Source: a virus
Direction: 5' to 3' (one strand)
Length of the DNA stretch: 64,000 bases
IMG/VR virus record: IMGVR_UViG_3300032282_001282
Coordinates: 22,284-86,283 of that record
Shown: piece after piece, positions 19,580 to 29,323 of the stretch
How positions within the stretch are numbered: the first letter of the stretch is position 1
Layout of the letters: each line of letters begins with the position of its first letter
The notes under the pieces: generated by a model
The model's input: only the letters and a program-made list of their open reading frames with translations
What the model was told of the DNA's origin: nothing
Database searches by the model: none
Made by a program: the position numbers and the translations under genes

Positions 19580-22447
19580 TTACTCTAAACCTAAATGACG
19601 TTTAATGTCTTTCAATTCGCGTCTTAATTCTTTGATACCTTCAATTAGTAATGGAGCAAACTTTTCGTAACGTACAGTCAAGTACTGTTCATCAATTGGG
19701 GCAGGTGCTACAATCTCTGGCATCTGACGTAGTGTATCTTGAGCCGACACACCAACTTCGCGTTTAACTTCATAACCTAATGCTTGTGCTGTTTCGTTGG
19801 CTTCATAGTAGAAACCAGTTAACTGATCAATCTTGTCTAGGGCATTATCAATAACACCTAAACGTGTTTTTAATCTGTCGTCTGAGTAGTAAGCAGTAAT
19901 GTTGTTAGTAGCACGTATCTCACCAGTTGTTCCACTGGCCGCTGTACCAACACCTAAACTAGCATGTTGTACACTTGCTGTAGTAGAGATATTTTGTATA
20001 GCAACAGAAGTCAATCCAGTAACTCGACCAAAGGTATCAGTGCTAACAACAGGCACAGCAGTTGTACTACCAGCAGTTGTGACTCCGGGGCCTATAGTAG
20101 TTAATGTAATGTTGCTACCGCTGAGTGTTAGGTTACCTGTGCCAGTTGTAGTACTAATTACACGATTACCATTGTCAAATAATCTTGTAGCACGTAGACC
20201 AATGTTACTGTTCCAGTCGCTATTAGAAGAATTTAATGTTATAGAACCAAATGGTGTTATAAAACCTGCGCCATTGGCAGCATTAAGAGAAACTGCATTG
20301 GCCGCCGCTACATAATATAAATCATTTGTAGTTACAGCAGTTGCATCAACGGTAGTAGTTACACCATTGACCCACAGGCTACCGCCAATATAAACATTGT
20401 TGGTAAAGTATGAACCTGGTGTTGTTACTGTTAAGTTACCAGCAACAACATTATTACCAGTTAAAATACTTGTTCCAGTTAAGGTTGTTGTACCGCTGAC
20501 ACCTAGACCAGTTAGTGTACCGAGGCTAGTAATGAAAGGTTGTGCATTGCTTAGAGTGCCAATAGTACCAGTTAATACTGTTCCGGTATTACCGATAGTC
20601 GGAGCTGTAACACTACTACCGACTAAGAATGGAGCCTGTACGTTTTGTAAAGCAATTAAACTGGTCGTACCAATTTGGTTAGTAATTGTTAAACTACCAA
20701 ATGTTGGTGTTCCAGTATTTCTTAAATCCTGGCCCATGGTAAGGTTGAAAGTACCATTACCAACAGTAGTAACAATACCGTTAGTAGATGTAATTGCCAA
20801 GTTACCACCAACGAATACGTTACCTGTACCGTTAGAACCAACTAAGGTAATTGGACTAACTTGTAGTAACTGAGCTTGTGTAGCACGACCCTTAGAGTCA
20901 AATGTAACTTGTGGTATGTAGGTAGTAGTACCATAGCTTCCGGCAATAATACCAGTAGGAGTAAGATTGAAACCTGTGTTCCAACCACTGACTAAATTAG
21001 ATGTAATCTCAGAAGTGTTAGCGTATGTGACTGTAATGTATGGAACACCGTTGGCAAATCTATGACCGTCGGAATATAAATTAGTAATTACAGCACTAGT
21101 AGCATTAAGGTTACCATTTAATGTTGGTGCACCAATGTTACCGGCTACACTCAATGATGACAATGTACCAAGACTTGTAATCAGTGGTTGTGCTGGTAAT
21201 GCTACTAAACCTTGTAGCGTTCCGTTGAATTGTGTTGCGGCAATGTTGGCAACAGCAACGTTACCTGACGCTGTAAATGTTTGGAATGATACAGTACCAC
21301 CAGTGGCAGTTAAACTATTAACACCGACACTGGTAGCTTGAATACTGTTTGCTGTCAGTGTAGGTAGTACACCGAGGCTGGTAATGTTTGGTTGATCTGG
21401 AGTTTGAATTTGACCCCATAGTGGTCCAACTAAAATACCTGCAGAAATATTTCCAAGTACACTTAGGCCGCCGTCGATACGAACAGCACCAGACCCTAGT
21501 CCAGTACTTTGTGTAACAGATAAGAAACGTGTATCACCAGTGATTAGGCCGCCTTGATAGAAAGTACCAAAGCCAACCATGTCAGTAGTAACAACTACAC
21601 CTGATCCAGAGCCAACAGTAATAAAACCATCAACGTGTACGTTACCGTTGATACTGCCTGATACGTTTAAGTTTTGAATATTAGCACGTTGGCTATTAAT
21701 ATTACCAAAGGCAGTTCCGTAGATAATTGAGTTGCCGGACATGATCAACGCATTGGCTGTTCCGACGTTACTTAAGAATAAACTACCAACGTGTATGTTA
21801 CCATAGACACCACCAGACACAACACTATTAGCTGATATACTTACATCGTAATCGACTACTTTATAAATGAAGTCATTGGTTTGATATTGCAAACCAAAAT
21901 AAGCATAGGCATTTGAACTGTTTTTATTGTACTTGCCCAATACACCAATATCTTTAATATCGCCCGGGGACAAGTTAGCGTGTAGTAATAAAATACCAGC
22001 ATCACTAGAAGCCGCAACCTGTGTGGATGAAATAACTTTACCAGCGTAAATGTTACCAAAGAAGTGTGTTGGGCTACCTAAGTTTTGTACTGAGTTACCC
22101 GATGGAACAATATCAGTATGCGGTACAATATAGTTGTAAAAGTCAGCTTGTCCTGTTGCTACTAGGTTAGCAGTAACATTAACCGTTGGAGCATTTAGAG
22201 TATTGACAAATAAGTTTGATGTAAAAGCACCATTGTTACCAATAGTATTACCAACAACTAGGTTACTTAGTGTACCGTTGTTGGCCTTTATAGAAGGAAA
22301 CTCAACAAGATCGCTACTTAAATATGTGTTAAGTTCTTGAAAGTTTTCGTCAGTGTAAATAAACGCTGTTCTAATTTCATCACCGGTACCATCATTGGGC
22401 GATACGCCAACGTTAATACTTGTAATAGAAGAGTTCCATTTTGCCAT
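19580..22447 (-). CDS. tail fibre protein with C-terminal intramolecular chaperone (peptidase S74-like)
   Basis: N-terminal INVG..PNDGTGD..R.AF; QP.ITSLG.L repeats; C-terminal YSDDRLK...GVSAQ...LLIEGIKEL. Confidence 0.85.
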   Translation of the reverse strand: MAKWNSSITSINVGVSPNDGTGDEIRTAFIYTDENFQELNTYLSSDLVEFPSIKANNGTLSNLVVGNTIGNNGAFTSNLFVNTLNAPTVNVTANLVATGQADFYNYIVPHTDIVPSGNSVQNLGSPTHFFGNIYAGKVISSTQVAASSDAGILLLHANLSPGDIKDIGVLGKYNKNSSNAYAYFGLQYQTNDFIYKVVDYDVSISANSVVSGGVYGNIHVGSLFLSNVGTANALIMSGNSIIYGTAFGNINSQRANIQNLNVSGSINGNVHVDGFITVGSGSGVVVTTDMVGFGTFYQGGLITGDTRFLSVTQSTGLGSGAVRIDGGLSVLGNISAGILVGPLWGQIQTPDQPNITSLGVLPTLTANSIQATSVGVNSLTATGGTVSFQTFTASGNVAVANIAATQFNGTLQGLVALPAQPLITSLGTLSSLSVAGNIGAPTLNGNLNATSAVITNLYSDGHRFANGVPYITVTYANTSEITSNLVSGWNTGFNLTPTGIIAGSYGTTTYIPQVTFDSKGRATQAQLLQVSPITLVGSNGTGNVFVGGNLAITSTNGIVTTVGNGTFNLTMGQDLRNTGTPTFGSLTITNQIGTTSLIALQNVQAPFLVGSSVTAPTIGNTGTVLTGTIGTLSNAQPFITSLGTLTGLGVSGTTTLTGTSILTGNNVVAGNLTVTTPGSYFTNNVYIGGSLWVNGVTTTVDATAVTTNDLYYVAAANAVSLNAANGAGFITPFGSITLNSSNSDWNSNIGLRATRLFDNGNRVISTTTGTGNLTLSGSNITLTTIGPGVTTAGSTTAVPVVSTDTFGRVTGLTSVAIQNISTTASVQHASLGVGTAASGTTGEIRATNNITAYYSDDRLKTRLGVIDNALDKIDQLTGFYYEANETAQALGYEVKREVGVSAQDTLRQMPEIVAPAPIDEQYLTVRYEKFAPLLIEGIKELRRELKDIKRHLGLE

Positions 22448-22505
22448 AAGCTCAAAATCCTATATATAGCTTATTTATCGGATCGAGCTAAAGGTCTGTT
22501 TTCGG

Positions 22506-22832
22506 CTATGCTGGGCTAAAACTTGATCCGCATCCGCAGGTTGTTTGTGCGTTGGGGTTTTTGATAGTAAAACTAGCACCATAAAGATCATCTTTATAGT
22601 CTATTTCTGCACCAGTTAAGTACTGGCTACTCATTGAATCTACCAGGATATGTACGCCGTTTATGTCCAGGTCAAAGTCGTCTTCGTTGGCCATTTCGTC
22701 TAAGGTAAATCCGTACTGCATACCCGAGCATCCGCCACCTTGGACAAATACACGTAATTTAATTGCTGGGTTATTTTCTTCAGCAATTATGTCTTGAATT
22801 TTTTCTTTTGCGGTTTCTGTAATTGTAATCAT
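22506..22832 (-). CDS. erpA: A-type Fe-S cluster carrier (ErpA/IscA/HesB)
   Basis: [16 protein letters not shown]; [14 protein letters not shown]. Confidence 0.92.
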   Translation of the reverse strand: MITITETAKEKIQDIIAEENNPAIKLRVFVQGGGCSGMQYGFTLDEMANEDDFDLDINGVHILVDSMSSQYLTGAEIDYKDDLYGASFTIKNPNAQTTCGCGSSFSPA

Positions 22833-22833
22833 A

Positions 22834-23238
22834 TTAATTTTCGGGTCCTAGGCTTGCTCTATAAGCTGATGCAATATCCCACCATTCTCCGGGGAAAAAT
22901 TCTACTTCTAATATTGCAGACGGTACTGCTTTTGGTACTATAATTTCGTTGTCATCGCGTTCAATACCGTTGGGATTTTCAGGGTATGCACCAAACAGTT
23001 GAACTAAATCTGCCCAACGAGCACGAAACATAGTAGCTTCTGATTTGTCTACGTGATAGTAACAGTCTGCTGGATCGTAGGCAAAGTAAACTCCAGGTCC
23101 AGCATAACCTGTTTTGCTTGGTCTTAGGCCGTGTTGTGCTACGCTGTTTAACCCTTGACTTTGGTCAGGCAAGTAGCTGGCATGATAAACATATTCGCCA
23201 GGTTGTCGACTTTCTCTAAAAATATCTCGTATTCTCAT
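22834..23238 (-). CDS. putative ADP-ribosyltransferase-fold protein
   Basis: YVYHAS...GL.P....AGPGVYFA...NEIIV pattern, matching the H/Y/E-type ART fold. Confidence 0.5.
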   Translation of the reverse strand: MRIRDIFRESRQPGEYVYHASYLPDQSQGLNSVAQHGLRPSKTGYAGPGVYFAYDPADCYYHVDKSEATMFRARWADLVQLFGAYPENPNGIERDDNEIIVPKAVPSAILEVEFFPGEWWDIASAYRASLGPEN

Positions 23239-23777
23239 AGTCTTCTATTAACGGCGTCCCAATCAATAATGCGCCAAATGTTATCTAGGTACTTGGCTTT
23301 GTTAGAACCATACTGTTCTTGCCAAGCGTGTTCCCACATATCTACTAGTAGAGCTATGTCGGTACGTTTTTGATGATTGCGTATGGTTTTAATAACCCCA
23401 CTTTTACTAAGATAAATCCAGCCCGATCCTTGGACTTTCATTGCTTCTTCTTTGAAGTGCTTTTTGAAATCAACAAAATTAGTGTGATGTCTATTAATAA
23501 TATCCAAAATAGTGCCATGTGGTCTACTTACTCCTGGTCGTTTAAATTGACTAAAGAATATAGCGTGTAGATAAGCACCAGCTTCGTTAAAGCGGTCATC
23601 ACCTTCACCTTTGTTGTAACGGTCAACATAGCCTTTGTAGAGTTTGCCGTAATGTAAATCAATCAAGGCACTACTCATAACAGGGCTAAGGCCCGACTTA
23701 CTGTAAGGCAATTTTATTTGCTTTAACTCAGTTTTGTTTTTAGATTCTAATAGATCAATGGTATCGCGTATATCCAT
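23235..23777 (-). CDS. Fe/Mn superoxide dismutase family protein
   Basis: LPY..L.PVMS; LH.GK; LH..FF; QGSGW; DMWEHA; IDWD.V. Confidence 0.88.
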   Translation of the reverse strand: MDIRDTIDLLESKNKTELKQIKLPYSKSGLSPVMSSALIDLHYGKLYKGYVDRYNKGEGDDRFNEAGAYLHAIFFSQFKRPGVSRPHGTILDIINRHHTNFVDFKKHFKEEAMKVQGSGWIYLSKSGVIKTIRNHQKRTDIALLVDMWEHAWQEQYGSNKAKYLDNIWRIIDWDAVNRRL

Positions 23778-23781
23778 ACTA

Positions 23782-24006
23782 CTATTTAGTGCGATATACC
23801 ACCCGTCCTCTAGTAAGGTCGTATGGACTCATTTCTACTTCTACTGAGTCACCCATTAATATGCGTATATTATGCTGTCTTAGTTTGCCACCGATTGTGG
23901 CTGTGATTTTTGATTTTTGTTCATTGTCTAGAATAACTCTGAACATTGCGTTTGGTAGTACTTCATCAACGGTTCCGCTGAATCGTAGCAGGTCTTCTTT
24001 GCTCAC
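23782..24006 (-). CDS. infA: translation initiation factor IF-1
   Basis: KED..; LPNAMFRV.L; GK.R...[19 protein letters not shown]. Confidence 0.95.
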   Translation of the reverse strand: MSKEDLLRFSGTVDEVLPNAMFRVILDNEQKSKITATIGGKLRQHNIRILMGDSVEVEMSPYDLTRGRVVYRTK

Positions 24007-24040
24007 TTGTAAAATTATCTCCTTAAAAAGTGCTTAGTAT

Positions 24041-24445
24041 TTAGCGGCGCATCCTGCTGATATCAACCGCTTCTTCATCAGAGAAAATTGGCACAGCATT
24101 AGATTTGTGCATAGTACCAATACCTTTGATTTTAGTGCCAGTATAGACTTTGTCGGCGGGCTTGGGACAAGGGCCACCTGTAAAAGGCAAACTGTTGATC
24201 TTTTGTGTCACTCGCCCTGGGGGAATAGTAAGCGAGTAGACGTCTTGGAGCTCAGTGGGTTTTTTGGTAACTGTAACAGTTTTGCCACTGAATCGCGGAG
24301 CCTCTTTATCAAACTTACGCAACCGTTCTTCCCAGTCACGTTTTAGATTCTCCGCTTGGCGTTTAGCTTCTGCACTGGCCCACTTGCGTTTGCCTTTCTT
24401 TTTGCCGGTAGTACTAAGCCACGGGCCTTCGAGATGCATAGTCAT
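24041..24445 (-). CDS. conserved phage hypothetical protein
   Basis: C-terminal YTG...GI.TMHKSNAVP motif, recalled from T4-like phages. Confidence 0.6.
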   Translation of the reverse strand: MTMHLEGPWLSTTGKKKGKRKWASAEAKRQAENLKRDWEERLRKFDKEAPRFSGKTVTVTKKPTELQDVYSLTIPPGRVTQKINSLPFTGGPCPKPADKVYTGTKIKGIGTMHKSNAVPIFSDEEAVDISRMRR

Positions 24446-24460
24446 ATATGTATAGTGTAG

Positions 24461-24817
24461 TTAAGAAGAAATACGGTCAGTACCTTTGCGTGGCTCCCAG
24501 CCAGTGCCTTCGGCAATAAAATGCTCTGAAGGCAAATAAAAGATATGTTTAGGAAATCGTTGTTTTAGTCGCTCGATAATTTCTTCGTGGTTGCGACCCT
24601 GCGCCAAAAATTCATTGTCGTCATCATCGTACCAAAGTATATGATCATCGGTGATTTTTTCTTCGCGGACACGGTGTACAATATTGTCAAGATGCTTACG
24701 AATTTTGTCTTCAAATTCTTTAGTATCGCCCTTAACAGCATCTAGCATACCAATAATGATATTGGCTAAAAACCAAGTCGAAACCGCCCAAATTAGATAA
24801 AATGTAAAATCATCCAT
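24461..24817 (-). CDS. membrane-anchored hypothetical protein
   Basis: N-terminal hydrophobic helix. Confidence 0.55.
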   Translation of the reverse strand: MDDFTFYLIWAVSTWFLANIIIGMLDAVKGDTKEFEDKIRKHLDNIVHRVREEKITDDHILWYDDDDNEFLAQGRNHEEIIERLKQRFPKHIFYLPSEHFIAEGTGWEPRKGTDRISS

Positions 24818-24845
24818 GTTTGTATTTACTAGTTATTGAGCATTT

Positions 24846-24874
24846 ATTATAACATATTGGGAATTAATGATCAA
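24846..24874 (-). promoter_or_regulatory. early sigma70-type promoter with TTCCCA spacer
   Basis: TTGATC-N17-TATAAT containing AATTCCCAATATG. Confidence 0.65.
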
Positions 24875-25082
24875 CTTCATCTACACGATCTAGCACTTGT
24901 TTGGCGTACCAGCCCATACGCCCTTCTGGGTCCATACGCTGTATATCTTCCAGGCCAATCCGCATCAACTCCATTTGTTGCTCAGCACGATATACACGAT
25001 TACGTAGGTTGCTGGCTTGCATCCACGACATGAGCATAGATATAAACTTGGCAATAAGAATATTCCAATTGATCATAGCCAA
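24864..25082 (-). CDS. hypothetical protein
   Basis: ORF in a dense small-gene array. Confidence 0.5.
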   Translation of the reverse strand: MAMINWNILIAKFISMLMSWMQASNLRNRVYRAEQQMELMRIGLEDIQRMDPEGRMGWYAKQVLDRVDEVDH

Positions 25083-25309
25083 CGCAACCTAAAATGTACA
25101 AGATCACGGGCATCTTCAAATCTAAAACTAAAGCCTACTGTGCTTTCGTATCCGTGTATGTGGTAACGTCCACCCGGTGCTGTTTCTAACCATTTAAGTA
25201 TTTCTCTAATAGGGTAGTGTGGCCCTTCTAGTACATCACGCCAGAGTACGATAGCCTCAAACCAATGTTTGGGTGGCGGCCATAGTTGGTCTGATGGAAC
25301 GTGTATCAT
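25073..25309 (-). CDS. small protein, F..D..F.LRW family
   Basis: C-terminus FRFEDARDLVHFRLRWL. Confidence 0.6.
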   Translation of the reverse strand: MIHVPSDQLWPPPKHWFEAIVLWRDVLEGPHYPIREILKWLETAPGGRYHIHGYESTVGFSFRFEDARDLVHFRLRWL

Positions 25310-25563
25310 TTAAATTTTAGACTAAAGATAGTAGCATCTTTTCCATCGATAAAGTAAAACGCGGCAACTTCATCAAACATAGCACTGACATCAGCTGTTT
25401 CTACTATCTCTGAATATATTAAACTTAGATTTTGTTCACGGCACCAACGTTTCATTTGCCAAAGGCGAAACGCAGGATCGCCAACTAGGACCTGATGGCA
25501 TCGGTCTAAAACTTCTTTAGGCGGAACTGGAATACTATGATTGTTTACGTACATTATGACCAC
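25306..25563 (-). CDS. small protein, F..D..F.LK family
   Basis: C-terminus FYFIDGKDATIFSLKFK. Confidence 0.6.
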   Translation of the reverse strand: MVIMYVNNHSIPVPPKEVLDRCHQVLVGDPAFRLWQMKRWCREQNLSLIYSEIVETADVSAMFDEVAAFYFIDGKDATIFSLKFK

Positions 25564-25826
25564 CTCAATGACATTAGAGTATAAAGTCTTTCGTGTACAT
25601 CAAATGTATCTAGCACACGATAACGGTACTGTGAAGTAGTATGCTCATACCACAGGTTGTTTTCTTGCTCACGTATCCAAGGAGTAACCCTGGGTTCAAC
25701 ATGAACTACAAACCATTTTTCTCCATCAACTACCGCAGAGTCAACAACTTCAAAACGATTCCGTTGCACGGCACGTGGCACAACGGTTGCTCGATTGGTT
25801 AATGCACGTTTCTTTTTCATCCCCAC
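25554..25826 (-). CDS. small protein ending in LRW
   Basis: C-terminus LYTLMSLRWS. Confidence 0.55.
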   Translation of the reverse strand: MGMKKKRALTNRATVVPRAVQRNRFEVVDSAVVDGEKWFVVHVEPRVTPWIREQENNLWYEHTTSQYRYRVLDTFDVHERLYTLMSLRWS

Positions 25827-26119
25827 CTCAGCAAAAACATAGTGCGGTCGGCATCATGGTTAAAATGTAAAACCATGCCTTCTTGTCTAATACCTGGATA
25901 CTGACCCATCCACTTTTCTATAGCCTGTTGATTATTAACCCAATGTACATAGTCCTCAATAATCAACAATAGCTCGCCATCTGTTGGACTTTTAGCCGGA
26001 ATAAACTTTCCGCCAGTGGTCATTTGTATTACCCCGTTAAGAAACGTAAGTTCCTGCCCGTTGTGTTCTACAGTAACCTGTGTCAGCGTGGGAGTAATTT
26101 CTTTGTAGGTCTTTTTCAT
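25817..26119 (-). CDS. small protein, F..D..F.LRW family
   Basis: C-terminus LHFNHDADRTMFLLRWG. Confidence 0.6.
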   Translation of the reverse strand: MKKTYKEITPTLTQVTVEHNGQELTFLNGVIQMTTGGKFIPAKSPTDGELLLIIEDYVHWVNNQQAIEKWMGQYPGIRQEGMVLHFNHDADRTMFLLRWG

Positions 26120-26433
26120 ACCAAAGATTCGATATCTTTACAAATAAGTTTGAGCCACACTAGTTCTTGTTCGTCAACTCGATCCCAGCCCAGCTCGGAT
26201 ATCGGCCCTTTGATCAAGCTGGTACCATTGGCATTTTCTAGCCACACACGTCGACTATGTGTTTGTGCTTCTTCGTGCAAATGGCGCCAACCTATAGTAT
26301 CAGGTTTAAGATCTGTAATGCTCAGATATCTAATGTCTTGTCCAAAGACTGTAGTATCTTCGTAAATTTCGTAATAGTAGTTGATCATTTTTCTACCCAC
26401 TGCTCGCATTTCATACGTGCTGTTGGTTCCCAT
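26116..26433 (-). CDS. hypothetical protein
   Basis: ORF; the true start may be internal (MINYY). Confidence 0.5.
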   Translation of the reverse strand: MGTNSTYEMRAVGRKMINYYYEIYEDTTVFGQDIRYLSITDLKPDTIGWRHLHEEAQTHSRRVWLENANGTSLIKGPISELGWDRVDEQELVWLKLICKDIESLV

Positions 26434-26642
26434 TCTTCATTGTATAGAAAATATTCAGCCTGGCTACCATTGTCGCCATCTTCCTGCATCATTTTGCTAA
26501 TTTCAGGAAAGTAGTTTAGGAATGCTTGGCCAAACCTATAGTCTGGTGCTTGCAGACGTGTCCATACCAAGTGTTTAAGAAACTCTTCGTATCGTTCTCG
26601 TGTTATTTTATACTGATAAGGGTTTGCTTTATACTCTGGCAT
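26385..26642 (-). CDS. hypothetical protein
   Basis: RFGQAF.N motif common in small phage proteins. Confidence 0.55.
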   Translation of the reverse strand: MPEYKANPYQYKITRERYEEFLKHLVWTRLQAPDYRFGQAFLNYFPEISKMMQEDGDNGSQAEYFLYNEEWEPTARMKCEQWVEK

Positions 26643-26886
26643 TCATGCCCCATTTTAACTTAAAAAATGTGCAGTCTTTTTCTTCTAGATGACCTACTAT
26701 GTCGACTCGGTATCCATAGCTTTCAGGATCGGGTATACAATGAAATACTATTTCTCCTACAGCGTGGTCCATTACCCACTGACCATGTTCTGTCTGTTGC
26801 CACTCGTGTATAGGGAAGCCTGCATACAAATATGGGTCTTCAACATCGCCCATTTTAAAAGAATAAAGGCGTAACTTAACTGTCAT
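26629..26886 (-). CDS. small protein, F.LKW family
   Basis: LEEKDCTFFKLKWG. Confidence 0.6.
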   Translation of the reverse strand: MTVKLRLYSFKMGDVEDPYLYAGFPIHEWQQTEHGQWVMDHAVGEIVFHCIPDPESYGYRVDIVGHLEEKDCTFFKLKWGMNARV

Positions 26887-27137
26887 TACACCAATCTTCT
26901 ACCGACAAATTCCACAGCAATTTCATCTTCACTACGTCGCCGTCCTGCAGTCTTAAGTTGAAACATAAGTGCATCCTGCTCATCGTCAAAGGTAAAATCC
27001 ATAAAATTTTCTGTGGGATGAAACTGCATACGCTCGCCGGGTAAGCCAAAGGTCTCCACAGTCCATGCCAGTAGTTCGTTCCACATATGATCTTTATCAT
27101 ATGGATTTTCCCAAGGTACTCTAATTGTTATCGACAT
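26886..27137 (-). CDS. small protein, F..D..F.LK family
   Basis: W..ETFG...FTFDDEQDALMFQLK. Confidence 0.6.
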   Translation of the reverse strand: MSITIRVPWENPYDKDHMWNELLAWTVETFGLPGERMQFHPTENFMDFTFDDEQDALMFQLKTAGRRRSEDEIAVEFVGRRLV

Positions 27138-27363
27138 GCTGTTCCTTTAGTATTTCCCAGGCACTATTGTGCCAATCTCTAAGCCACGGAGTACCATCAC
27201 ATTCTTCAACGTGCCGCATCACTGCAACACGACCAGCTGTTTCCATGGCCTCACCCAAAAAGAAACTGAACAATCGTTCGCCGTTCTTGTTAATTACTAT
27301 TGACATAGAGCCCGGTTCTATGTTCCAGGAATAATTATCTATTGCCATTTTAATCGAAACCAA
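27121..27363 (-). CDS. hypothetical protein
   Basis: ORF in the small-gene array. Confidence 0.5.
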   Translation of the reverse strand: MVSIKMAIDNYSWNIEPGSMSIVINKNGERLFSFFLGEAMETAGRVAVMRHVEECDGTPWLRDWHNSAWEILKEQHVDNN

Positions 27364-27527
27364 TTGGCTTTTTTTGTGTCGTTAAATGAAAAGGTATACA
27401 CTGGGCGTAAATCAGCCATGTGTAAATTCCAATCGTCTCTGTTGATATGTGATTGACACCACTCAGATGCCGCATTACATTTATCAACGCCGTTAATTAC
27501 AACTGTATAAGGTAAGTTTGTGTTCAT
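27339..27527 (-). CDS. small protein, F..D..F.LKW family
   Basis: WC...FSFNDTKKANWFRLKWQ. Confidence 0.6.
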   Translation of the reverse strand: MNTNLPYTVVINGVDKCNAASEWCQSHINRDDWNLHMADLRPVYTFSFNDTKKANWFRLKWQ

Positions 27528-27547
27528 ACCTTATTATACATTATTTG

Positions 27548-27940
27548 CTATTTCTTGTCAGCGTTTTCGGCAGAACAACATAGTGCTTCAAGAGTTTTAT
27601 AGTGTTCGTATGCTTGTTTGAGAGCTTCAAATTCTTTGAGCTTTTTTGGGTCCGGTACAAGTATGGCAAGTCGATCTTGCAAGGTCTTTAAGGTCTCTCG
27701 GAGGCTCATACCATCTAGTTCAATATCTGATTCGGTTATTTTAACTTTACCTACAGTCATATTTGGGCTTGTTTGTGTAGTCCAACTTGGAGCATATCCG
27801 CTGGTACCAGAGCCCGAAATAATATATGGACTAGTTAATACTGTTCCGCTACCCCCACCAGCTATTGTTATATTACCTGTGTATGGGCCGGCGTTGACTG
27901 TATATGTAGGTGGTATTGTTATATTTGAGTAATTTGCCAT
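27548..27940 (-). CDS. hypothetical protein
   Basis: Gly/Thr-rich N-terminal half; RLAIL.P...ALKQAYEHYKTLE C-terminal half. Confidence 0.55.
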   Translation of the reverse strand: MANYSNITIPPTYTVNAGPYTGNITIAGGGSGTVLTSPYIISGSGTSGYAPSWTTQTSPNMTVGKVKITESDIELDGMSLRETLKTLQDRLAILVPDPKKLKEFEALKQAYEHYKTLEALCCSAENADKK

Positions 27941-27960
27941 TGTGTTCTTTCTGGCCAAGA

Positions 27961-27988
27961 AAAAGCCTATACGGTTAAGTATAGGCTC
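27961..27988 (-). terminator. terminator after the porin gene
   Basis: agcctatac-ggttaa-gtataggct hairpin with a U-tract on the minus strand. Confidence 0.65.
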
Positions 27989-28010
27989 TTTGCGTTACGT
28001 TGTCAACTGA

Positions 28011-29168
28011 TTAGAAGCGATGTGTCATACCAACCACATAAGCGTTTTGAGTAGTTCCTGTAGAAGCTACCACGCTTGGGTATGTTGCTGTTCCGTATAG
28101 TGAACCATAGTTTGCACCACCAGCACCATATGGAGCAAATCCACTAGTACCTTTGTTGGCAGTAGAAGCTACACCAATGTAAGCAGTGGTACGCTTGCTA
28201 AAGTTGTAGTCACCCACTAGACTCCAGGTTTGCGAACCATTAGCAGAACTGATATTGTCTTTGAGATTGTAATAACCAGCAGTCACATCAACCTTGGAAG
28301 TTGCATTATACTTGACACTTACTTGACGTAGATCAAAGTCTGTGTTAGCGGCATTGGCACCATTTGGGTTTTGGAAGTTTGCCCAACCAGCGGCTACCTT
28401 GAACTTGTCAATGGTGTAGTTACCACCGATAGTTGTTGTTTCAGCAGTTGCTAACCCAGCGGCACTATTAGATGTCTGATAACTGGCAGAACCATTAAAC
28501 GCACCACGAGTATAAGCCAATGCATACAAACGACGGCTACTTGCATCCAACGCACCAAAAGTTGTGTTATCGGCTACACCGCCAGTTGTGTATTGTACAG
28601 AACCTTTGAAGCCTGCAATCACTGGAGTGTCTAAACGAACAGCGTTACTCAGGAATGTTGTACCAGTCATGGTAGCAAGACCAGTCTTGGCTGTGCTTGT
28701 GCCACCAAAGGTAGAACCATCATTCCAGTAGTTCAAAGAACCACCAAAGTTACGGCCTGCGTTAACGTCACCAACTGCAAATGATTCAAATGCCAAGTTG
28801 TCTTGACGACCTAGAGTCATACGACCCAAGCCGGTGTTGTCTAGATAAACGTTTGCGCCACGGCTGAACACGTTGTTTGCTGTGCCCGAACTTGAACTTG
28901 CACCTTGGCTACCATCGGCTGGATTGATCTGTGATTCAATTTTGAATCCAGCTTTTGTACCGCCACCTAAATCTTCTGTACCAGTAAAACCAATACGGCT
29001 GGTCCACATTGGTGAACTGAGGACTTGGGTCGCGTTTTGACCTGCTGTTCCAACGTTGGTTGCGTTAACAACACCAATGTCCATGATACCATAGACACTA
29101 ACGTTTGATTGAGCGTGGGCGATGCCAAAACTTAAGGCAAGGCTTACCGCTAATAGTAGTTTCTTCAT
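28011..29168 (-). CDS. outer-membrane trimeric porin (betaproteobacterial type)
   Basis: Signal peptide; AQS.V.VYG..D; SRIGF.G.EDLGGG; YNFSKRT..Y; C-terminal G.THRF. Confidence 0.92.
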   Translation of the reverse strand: MKKLLLAVSLALSFGIAHAQSNVSVYGIMDIGVVNATNVGTAGQNATQVLSSPMWTSRIGFTGTEDLGGGTKAGFKIESQINPADGSQGASSSSGTANNVFSRGANVYLDNTGLGRMTLGRQDNLAFESFAVGDVNAGRNFGGSLNYWNDGSTFGGTSTAKTGLATMTGTTFLSNAVRLDTPVIAGFKGSVQYTTGGVADNTTFGALDASSRRLYALAYTRGAFNGSASYQTSNSAAGLATAETTTIGGNYTIDKFKVAAGWANFQNPNGANAANTDFDLRQVSVKYNATSKVDVTAGYYNLKDNISSANGSQTWSLVGDYNFSKRTTAYIGVASTANKGTSGFAPYGAGGANYGSLYGTATYPSVVASTGTTQNAYVVGMTHRF

Positions 29169-29323
29169 TGTAAAATTTTCCTTTTTTTATTAAGATCGAT
29201 AGTTAAACTATCTTGGTTGATATTAACATAACTGTAGTCGTTATGTCAATAGACTGCTTTTTTATTTAGTGGTAGTTGGCTATACCAGTTTAAAAAAGAT
29301 TCTTTTTTGGCGTAATTTGGCCA

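Noticed and set aside
19899-21341. Plus-strand Val/Pro/Leu-rich ORFs
   Set aside because: Antisense shadows of the Thr/Gly/Asn-rich tail fibre gene; the same applies to most short opposite-strand ORFs in the track
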